Source: Trichoplax adhaerens | Taxonomy: Eukaryota > Animalia > Placozoa | Length of the DNA stretch: 64,000 nt | Assembly: GCF_000150275.1 (NCBI RefSeq) | Contig: NW_002060945.1 | Span: 4,017,397-4,081,396 of the forward strand | Direction of reading: 5' to 3' | Shown here: in pieces, positions 54,001 to 64,000 of the stretch | How positions within the stretch are numbered: the first letter of the stretch is position 1 | Layout of the letters: every line of letters begins with the position of its first letter | Notes under the pieces: generated by a model | Told to the model about the DNA's origin: nothing | The model's database searches: none | What the model saw: the letters and a program-made list of their open reading frames with translations, nothing else | Position numbers and translations under genes: made by a program

Positions 54001-55519
54001 CTGGACTTTTAGGAAACCCTAATACGGAAAGAAACCGGTAAAAATCTTCAGTATTTTAGCGAAATCTAGAGAAACAGAATTTCATACATGCTGCTGAATC
54101 ATTTATTACTTATTCTCAAATTCTAATAGCATAATGCCGAAAGCATTTCAAGCTTTACCTAAATTATATGTTGCGGAACTAGTGGAATCAGATAAGTTGG
54201 TATTAGATAAAGGACTTGGTATCTATGAAATAAGTCAGTGTTTAATTCTCATTGTGTTTAAATATCATCACAAAATATATTATGCAAATACATTTCTATA
54301 GAGCTTCATCGTAATGAAGTACATATGAACATACTTATAACGTGAGCTAGAGTTAATGGAGTAAATATGTAGTTTCGGAAAATAATTAGGTAGTAAGTAT
54401 GAGTAACCAATAATATTACCTACACAATAGTTTATACATAAAGAAGTACTGCAACAACTCATTCACTAATGATGAAGTAAATACCATGAACAAGCAACAT
54501 ATTAGTCAACACCTTTGAGGTAGTGCAATAACAATGAAACTATCAAAGAACATTATAGTAAACATCAATCGAATATTTTGAAGCTTAAAAGATATCGTTA
54601 ATTGAAGTGAAAAGCTTCTAGACTTTCACTAAGGCCAATAAAAGACATGATAAGTATTAATTATATTTATAACTATTTACCTGCAAATTATTCGAAGATA
54701 CCGTCGAAGATGATGATATTCTATCACGGTTTACTAAAGGAGATGCGAGCGAGGACATTGAGGAATAAGCACTATCTGCACACGATACTTGCACAAGATG
54801 TCGATTATCTGTTGTTAATCCTTTCTGCCTATGAAATACATATCGAGTAGATTTCAAACAATTATTGATCTAAAATCAAGGTACCATAAAGAACATTTAA
54901 CCAATGGTAATTTGTATTCCTAATTATAAATATATTCATCTCCTGTAACATGATAGCATTTTAAAGCCTATAAACAGCCTCGCTAAATAAAGGGATCTCA
55001 ATTAATTATAATTTTCTCACTTTTTTAAATTATTAAAACTAATTTTTAGCAAGCATAGCAACTAGATTAAAGTTAATACCGCTTGTCATTGTCAGGTTTA
55101 TTGCCATCATTTTTATCTGTAACTATCGGATTGGCTGCAGGAGAACCTTTAGAAGACGGCCGTAACGTGCCTAATAATAAGACATTTTCGAAAATTCACT
55201 TAAGGTCATCTTCTTGCATCTAAATATTTAACGCTTATAACGATGTTCATTTAAAAAATCACAGCTAAGATAGCCTTGATCACATCAAAGAAATGAAAAA
55301 GAAGTTTTTATCGAAATCTATGGCAATGCAGCCATTAATACCAATACATGCACGTATAGATGTATCTGTATTCTCTACTATCCTTAAATCACTTAGGCAA
55401 GTTACTATACCTTCCGATTTGTGCTTTTTGCCAAGTTTACTCCCCTTCGAGACAGTTAGAGTATCATTAAATTGCACAGTCTTTTTAGCTGTTTTAGGAG
55501 TTACCGTAAGAGTATCCAT
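51015..55519 (-). CDS. GRASP: Tamalin/GRASP/CYTIP-like PDZ + coiled-coil cytohesin scaffold, ~439 aa
   Basis: Phase-consistent exons: 55354-55519, 55080-55170, 54681-54828, 54159-54222, 53972-54018, 53848-53894, 53680-53703, 53411-53527, 53209-53232, 52242-52341, 52028-52127, 51706-51799, 51492-51573, 51298-51370, 51015-51157. Core RLVRISKDSDQGFGFSITTIGLRDKDGNMRHRTFVTDVDSLGPAKRCGLFPGDEILAINGV...HYEII...LRYVELHMK...QKLFKKQEELRALKLQEKDVL aligns with the tamalin/CYTIP PDZ and following leucine zipper. The PDZ/coiled-coil exons are secure; the N-terminal Ser-rich exons and the last exon are less so. Confidence 0.8.
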
Positions 55520-58043
55520 AGCTGCTCCCTATAAAAAAATGTTAGCAAAGGAATAAACTCTAATATCAGTAAGAAATTTTTTAAAAACCAGCAATTAAAG
55601 AGTAAAAGACATCGTAAAAACAAATTGTGCACTTGCTAGACTGTAAAATAAGTGATCACTAGAACTATTCATACAGGAAGAAATAATGAAGAAAGAATAA
55701 CAAAGTACACTTTCAAATGTACAATCTTACGTCTTTAAATGTCATAAATATACTATATTATATGCTATCATTTATGCGGTGTAGCTTTCTCACATCTTTA
55801 TTCTCAAATATGTAGTAGGGTTTACATTGAGAAGATGTATGGGAAATGATTTTTAAACGACAAAATGATATATTTCAAATTAATTTAAATAATAAGATTA
55901 ACAAAGAACTATTTGCTTCTGTAGATCAAATAAAACAGAATCAGCAAACAGCAGGAGCCAAAGAAATTTTAATAAAGATAGCAAGAATGAACTTAATTCG
56001 AAGATTAGAAATGAGAGTAACATACGTAGGTAGGTTTTACTAATAATTATAAACGAATAGTAGCTTGTTCTATCAACGAATAAATAACGCAAAGCAATAT
56101 CAACAATATTTTTTACGACGCATTTAATATGGCCGATAGACTATAATTCGAAAAACCATACGATGCCTAAAGTAAAGAAAAATTGAATATTAAAAGTAAA
56201 TTTAAAATACTAAAATCTGAGCAACTAAATATTTGTACCAGAGATGTAAATATTTCTAGGGAATAAACTCTAATTCTGTTCTACAGTAAAACGATATTAT
56301 GCTATTTTTCCCTGATAAGGCCGCGAAATTAAACAGGAAAGTTGATAATAGGTTGATGATGCTGGTAATTTTAGAAATAACTTTCATACATTGTTTTTTA
56401 TGAATTTTACTCTCGAAGAAATCGCACAAAAGTATTTATAATTGTCGTATATGTATTTTTATATCTGATTCCACTAAAACAGTTTTTGTTCCATATACAG
56501 GCAGTAGTTAGAGGTAGCAGTTGGTGCTAAATTTAATCAATTATGAATATATGCGTATTACTGACAGAGTAGCAGAAAAGTTACTCTATACCGCTATTTA
56601 TATTATGACGCGTTATAATAAATAGGAGGCAGATGCAACAAAATACTAATCGATTTTTATACTACAATGCAAAAGTTAGAAATATAGTTTTAACAAATCT
56701 GATCTACAATGAAGTGTTTTAGAAACCTAAGCAACCCAAATGACAAATATTTATTAATAGTAAAGCTAACTACAATAAATTCAAAATTTGGCAACGATAT
56801 AAATTGAAGCTTCCAAATAGAAAGTACGATGTGATTGTAAACTATGAACCATAATTAAAACTGCTACTTTCTATACCCAGCAGATATTAGATTAATATTG
56901 TAACCTTAGGTGATGTAGAATATTTCATTCTACTGCGAAAGTTTGATGCCATTTTTACTAAATTTGTACTTGCTCAAGAAAGCATAATTCGTCTTCAATA
57001 AAAATATTTGTATATAGTTATGACTATGCGATAAATATAATCAACACGCCGCTTTTATCAAGCGATGAACTTTCATTATGTAAAACATTACTTTCCATTG
57101 AATAATACTGTACACTAGAATAAAGCATTAGTGTTCCTAATATTGAAAGTATAAATCAATAATCCTGACAATTACTACAATATTTTGACTTTAACTTTGT
57201 TCACAAAAACGTGTATTTAATTATTCTATAATATTTTTCAGCAATGTAAATTTGAAAGCAAATCTCATAAATAATTTAAACTGTAGGAAAACAGATTGTG
57301 ACGTTGGAAGCTATTTTCTTATTCAATGCATAATCATCATAATAAATGAGAAAAATAACGGACGTTATTTTTCAATTATTATTAATTCATATCCAACTTT
57401 CTATCATAAACAATCTTGGATACAGTAGTCGAAGTTCCAATAGATAACATTGAAACTGAAAATTATTTTGAAGTCATACCCCAATAATGACTGTAAAAGC
57501 ATGAGAACCTCCAACTGAAACTCATGTTGAAGATTTGAGACATAATAATTCTACTCTATTTTGCCTTAGATTAACTTGTAATCATAGATTACTTTATAGA
57601 GATAATCGTGTTCTGAATCTCTTCAAATTAATCGATAAAGAATATAATATATATTAACTAAAGTAGATTCTTTATGATGTTCTAAATTAGTGAAATTCAG
57701 CTATGAAGACGTCGAAACTAAATACAACAACAAAAAGCTAGTACACATATTATTTGCCATCGATAAAGTTAAGAATAAGTAGTGTGTTGTATAGAAATAA
57801 ACAGAAGAGTAAAACTAAAAAAATTGAATGATATCAATGTTGAATGATTAAATATGGTCTAACGCAATAAATAGAAGCAAAGAACTTATTTTCATTCACC
57901 TAGAAACATATAGAGGCGACAAAAGTACCACAGAAGTGTTCATATCAAGTGAAAGAGAATCACAAGCGATTATATTAAAACTATTTACTAATCAGTATGC
58001 TAGTAGACGTTGATAGCGTTAAATTGATTGTCTTGATTGACTG

Positions 58044-58205
58044 TTAGTAATGAAATCGCCTAGAAGGTTGATCTTAGTCATCAATTATAAATTGTAGACA
58101 AACCTACGTAAACTAAAGCAGACTTTTAGTAATAAAAATTGCCTAGAAGGTTGATCTTACTAATCAATTATAAACCGTAGGCAAATCTACGTAAACTAAA
58201 GCAAA
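58044..58205. repeat. Tandem duplication, ~83-bp unit x2
   Basis: GCCTAGAAGGTTGATCTTA...CTACGTAAACTAAAGCA begins at both 58058 and 58141. Confidence 0.9.
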
Positions 58206-61200
58206 TATTAATTAGCCCCTCGATTAAAGAAAATCACTTTCAGTAAATAAGACTTTAAAAAAATAACTTCAAAATGTGATCCAATAAATATTAACAAAAA
58301 GGCCATAAAAACAGATGTCATTTCGGGAAAACGATACGACTTAAAAAAGCGAAAATCAACAAAAATTGAAAGTCCAGAAGGTATAAAAATTCTTCAGCAG
58401 GGGTATCTCACAAATAGATAATCAATACATGTAGAAGGATTTGTATCAGAAATTTCACTTAATCTGCAAGTCACAAAGACATTTCTGTCATGTACGCGTA
58501 CAGTATTCCTACAAATCAAGACGCCATCTTTAAATTGATGTAGACTAAAAGCAGACTGTTGATCTGTTAAGTGATCATATAATATTTTAAATATGTAAAT
58601 TACGCAAAAGTGTAAAGGTTAGTGCCTACTTGTAAATGATCGGACAGGCAAGAATAATATGGTATTAAAATAAAGGAATTGTTAAGTTTCTTGATTTGGC
58701 CAACTAAGTGTAAAATCGATATCAAAGACTGATGTTAAAGTGATCAATGACTTTATGTATGACTGAGTATAGTTATCCAGTTGAACATCAATCGGCTTAA
58801 CGATCTAAATATGGTACTTTAGCCTATCATACTTTTCTTTTTGATGTCATCATGGCTGTTTTACCATATACTGTATATATTAGTGTACTGTATACACATT
58901 GGCAATTCGTAGGCAGTATTTATTTTCGAGAAATAATGCTGTCAAGATGGATGATATGCAACAATAAGATGGAGTGTCAAACGATGATTTACTCCCCTGG
59001 TTAATAAGCCGGAAGAAGAAGCTACAACATTTTATTTGTTTCTTTCTTACTCCCTATTCTGAAAATAACTATTAATCTAGTAAAAACCTATTCCAAACAC
59101 TGAATACCTCCATGTAAACATATTTGGCTGCATTCAAGTAAAAGCATACAAAGTAACCCCTAACTTTAGCAATGATCACTTTAATTATGAATGAACACTA
59201 ATTAACCAAGAAAATATTCAACTGAGATTATAGAGAGACCGCTAACTCAGACAAATACGGTTATTTCATTCCATCTACATTTAGAAATTGTGGGGGCAAG
59301 AATACAATAATAGAATTTGCAGTATTCACTTAATTCCTGAACTAATATTAAAGGAAACTATCAACACATTTTTTATTACATCAAATGATCAATATAGTTC
59401 GTCAGGGATTGAAATATTTTTAATTTTAGGTGCTTTGTTCTTAAAATGCACTATATACGACATCCCTTTTAAGCCATCATTGAGTTCTGGTTTATTTTTC
59501 TCGTTATGGATATATTCATATTACCAATTCAATGGAAAATATATTGTCATTGCTGAGTAAAATTGAATAGTTAAAGCCAAATCTATTCAATATCAATTGT
59601 TAACTACTTCCAGGAATCCTATTAGAATACTGTTTGAACTGAAATATCACATGATGATCGTAGACATAATTAGTTTTAGGTCAGCAGTCACAAAAATGTC
59701 TATACCATTACTAGAAACCTTTCTACCATTTATATTTTCAAATGTATCCAGACTTCATAATAAAATATGCGAGTAATCCCTTATTCTAAATGAAATCATG
59801 CGACAATAAAAACCTATTTATTTACACGTAGATGATATATAGTTTTAATGAAATGAAATTAATGATCCTCTAGCCGATCTCTCACTCGTAAGACTGGTGG
59901 CCTACACTTGTACTACTTACTTTATATATAACATGTACTGGAAAGTTCATGTCACGCATGCACAGACAAAATCTATTATATTAAATTTTGTCAGAGTTAA
60001 GCAATTATAGCCAAATTTTCAATATAAGTTCTCCACTAAATACTATTATAGTACAGTCAAGACTATTTAATTTATGAGAAATTTAACTTAAAACTCAACG
60101 TATGGCATACCTTCGAAAAACTCACTCAATAATGATAAATTTTGTAATGTTACAATTAGATCAATTTAGCATGTTCTTAATGATGTTCATTTTTACAGTT
60201 ATTGGGCTATCCATTATTTCAGGTCTAAATTTCTTGGAAAACATTGAAATATAATATATGTGTCGATTAGCGGAATGATTACTATGATACAGCTATTAAG
60301 CATTGATACTTTGCAGCAACCCTTGTTATAGTTACAGTCTCTACCTTGATATGAATGAATCAAAGTACTAACGGTAACAGGGATACTGAAAGAGGTTTCA
60401 TCACAGTCATTTCAGAAATATAAGACATCATTGATATAACCTAGTTTAAGTAGATAATTTTTAATAAATCTAGGAATTGCTAGTTCGGAATTAGAATATT
60501 AAGAGAAGCTGATGAAGCAGTTAACCAATAAAGTTAGACATTAGACGATTACTTTTAATTAGTTTAGGCCATTTGCCTTAGATATTGGCCATTTATACTT
60601 CAAAAACCCTAATCGCATCCTTTAATAGGCTAAGGAGACCTCGATACAGCAATTAATCACTCTAAATGTAGGATTATTATAGTATCGATTTACTTCATAC
60701 ATCTTGGATTTGCGCCTTTGTATCCAGCAAAATTCTAGATATATCCTAGAAATTTTGTCTATCTTCAATTCGCTATAGTAATTAACGCCATATCAAAATT
60801 ACCGCAATTAGTTATTATAATATCCCAGAGCAACCAAAAAATTCTCAAATAGAAAGAGACTAAGCTAAAGCAAATTGCTTGCACGATCTTCGTTCTCTAC
60901 CTACAACGGAGCTGACTTACAAAGTCAAGATGCCTATCATACATGAAAATATTTTACTGGGGAAATTGAATGTGCAATATGCAATAGCTCAATCATTACC
61001 TATTATGTCATTAATGGGATATTTAATGATGAACCATATCCCGTAGTGGAGTATGATACTGGGACAGGTTTAGAAGCCTTTAGAAACGAAATCTTACAAA
61101 TCTTGTAATAAGTAAGAGTAAACCACTAAATGTCGTAATCATATGTGATTGACTGGATAGCAATGATACTTAAAGAGAGTTGCTAAGTATTATCAAAACC

Positions 61201-63773
61201 ACTAGTTCATTCGTTTTACATTTACAATATTCCGGTATTAATATTATCTGTTGTCATATCATACTTCAAGCATTAGTAAACTAGAGAAAAATAAATATAA
61301 AGAGGTACTATGATCTAAAAATTACCCTTACTTTTTACTTTCGGTTAGAATCACCTAATCGAATTTAACTCTATAAATAGCTAAAAATAATCCTGTCTCT
61401 CCCCGTAGCTACTCTTAATATAATAACTTCAATATTGTTCAAGGTGAATTTTTCGAGTATCTTGGGTCTTATGCTAATATTGACATAATTCCTAGTTTGA
61501 ACGTGTATTACTAACATTTAGTTGCCTTTACAGCCAATTGTATATATATATTAATAATTCCAATATATTAAATGTTAGTCATAATCTCAGAAGTAACAGC
61601 CCGATTGATCTTACCGTATTACAGTATTTGAAAGTTCAACACGATGTGTAATATATAACTACATATTCTAATAACCTTAAAGATATAATAAATAAAACTA
61701 ATAGTGGTATCAACAGTACACATATCTGATTAGCAATCCGTGTATATACGTTTTAAGGATATATTTTATCAAGTTACCTGCACTTTAGATAATTTTTACT
61801 TGTACTTATGTCTGTGTATCATTACATGTGGTAAGGGTGGATGAAATTATAATTTTTAAATCCAACTGTAAAACTTTCAACATGTGAAATGTAATAATTC
61901 ATATCATGCATGTCTGAATATTAAAAAATCATGTGATATTGCACATGTACTTTCATTAGTAGCTAGGCAAGGACCCATGCTTAAGAATGAACACATTACA
62001 CCGATAGCTTTCTTAAATATTCTAAAATATGCTTAACATAATTTTTGGTCCGATCTATTTCAGTTGAAAATTGTAAAGTATCATTCATTAATCCAGACAT
62101 AGTTTAAAGCTATCCTAACTCTCAAAACACTTATATAGCTATATTATTAAAATGCTACATCCTGCTTTGTGCCTCATTTAGCAAAATCTGCGGTATTAAC
62201 CATCTGCTATGTACAATAAAATGACATTGCAACGATTAACATGCAGATAATTAAATACCTTTAAAATTTCTATAGTTTTATCATAATTTCTATTATTAAA
62301 TAAATTAATTTAACATATTATCATATGTTAATCCTGAAATGGCCCAGCACACTTTAAATCATGGTAATAAATAATAGAAAATATGTACAAATGGATAGAG
62401 AAAATATTACTGCTTACACTACAGTGTAAAGTAAACTTAAAAGAGTACGTGACAATAAAAAATAGTAATATTCGTAAAAAGCATTAGTGCCTTTAGATAC
62501 GCTAGGTAAAAATTAAAGTTGCCTTGTGCTTAATTCAATAATACTCCTAATCGATAATAATTGAATGAAGCAAACATTAATCTACAAGATTTCGTACTCA
62601 TCAATATCAACAGAGCTTGATATTTAATCTTAACAAGAATAACTTGCCTGTAGAGCCGGCTGATGATGTTTTTTAAAGTGTAATTTTTTCAGCATCGTAA
62701 CTTCTCAAAACTTCAATGCTTATGGTACCTCTGCTGCTAGTTTGAGTGAATCAGTTGACTGCAATTTGTTGTAAATAATAAATAGTATAAAAGTTAACGT
62801 TTAAAAGGTTTAAATATTATTCGGATTTTAATTCTAGTAACTGACGTGGTAATAATTTCGAATTTAATTACTAAATATATATAAATTAAAATACAACATA
62901 TGGTAGTACAAAAGTCTCGTTCGTAGCGTAAGCGGTCAAAGTGTATGATTAAAAATGAGCAAATTTTGCTAAAGAAAGAATCACTGTACCGTAAAAGAAT
63001 AGTATATCCAAAATGAAAGGAAGGATATCGTGTTAAATGTAGCGTAGACAGTATTTATTGTAAATTCTAAAGCTAGGAAGGTGGCTATTATTTGGATCTA
63101 AATACATTTTGATTTCTTATTCATATCGGATGAAAAGAATCAGTACTTGTATTGTTTCTCAAAATATCCACAAATCAGCTAGAATATGAAGTAATTCAAT
63201 GAATTCACCATGCATCATCTACCAATTTATAACAGCCCTCTTAGATAGTTGACAGTTAAATCATTACAATGGACTATTTTCTGTACTCTGTATTTTGATT
63301 TTGATTTATATATTAGATGGTCGTTAAGGAGGAATGATAATATTATACGATTGCAAAGCCCATGAATATAATAGTATTTACAAACGCAATTATTCATTGC
63401 GCACGACGGCATCAATAACAATTTATGCTATCGTTAAGTTGTAATTAACTCACTGAGTAACTTAAATAAAGCTCAAAAAATTATTGTTCAACAGCATCGG
63501 GAAAATATGCATTATTATCGAGATTTAAAATCAAAAACTCTACACTCCAAATTTTGCATAAAGTCAATAGAAATTCTTTTTGTCGATCAAATTCAAAACT
63601 ATAATAAAAGTAGTACTTGAATAAAGGAATTTGCTTTTGTGCAGTATGTTTGTCTGTAAGCAAATACGGTAGCAGTAATTTTAAAATAAATACATACTGA
63701 ATTTATAGTTTATTGAAATAGAGTAGAAAATATACGTAAATTGAGGCACTTCAACTACTGTGATTACCGTATT

Positions 63774-63785
63774 CCCCCCCCCCCC
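63774..63785. repeat. C12 homopolymer
   Basis: Twelve consecutive C in an AT-rich background. Confidence 0.9.
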
Positions 63786-64000
63786 TTACGATATACCGTA
63801 GGCTTCAGCATGGACTAATGCACGCGTATATTAGAGTAGCTAATATGATAAACATCAATTCCGTTTGCAAGAAAAATCAAAAATAGTCAAAAAACTTTAG
63901 ATTAGTACTAATGGGTGTCATAATTATAGTATATCGTTGAGAGTATGATATGTCGCTAGCCTGTGACAACAAAGACGATTGGCGATGGCGTTACTAAAAT

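Noticed and set aside
63985-64000. ATGGCG at the window edge as a possible next gene start
   Set aside because: Only five codons are visible, so it cannot be evaluated.

Overview
AT-rich eukaryotic (animal) genomic DNA with short GT-AG introns and one 50-N assembly gap. The composition and gene style suggest a placozoan such as Trichoplax, but that is inference. Four intron-containing genes were reconstructed by hand. (1) A secreted or cell-surface SRCR/EGF mosaic protein (minus strand, ATG 12387, runs off the left edge) with a signal peptide, 6 SRCR and at least 16 EGF exons. (2) A KLF6/7 transcription factor (minus, 34825-39373). (3) PRELID1/Ups1 (plus, 46793-49033). (4) A tamalin/GRASP/CYTIP-like PDZ plus coiled-coil scaffold (minus, 51015-55519) with two candidate 24-nt microexons. 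A ~20-kb gene-free tract between genes 1 and 2 holds a clean 452-bp solo LTR with a perfect 5-bp TSD, a second older LTR candidate and a decayed LINE reverse-transcriptase fragment. A MITE and a palindromic TACAGTACTGTA array lie upstream of PRELID1. No tRNA, rRNA or CRISPR array was seen, and most short ORFs in the track are artefacts.
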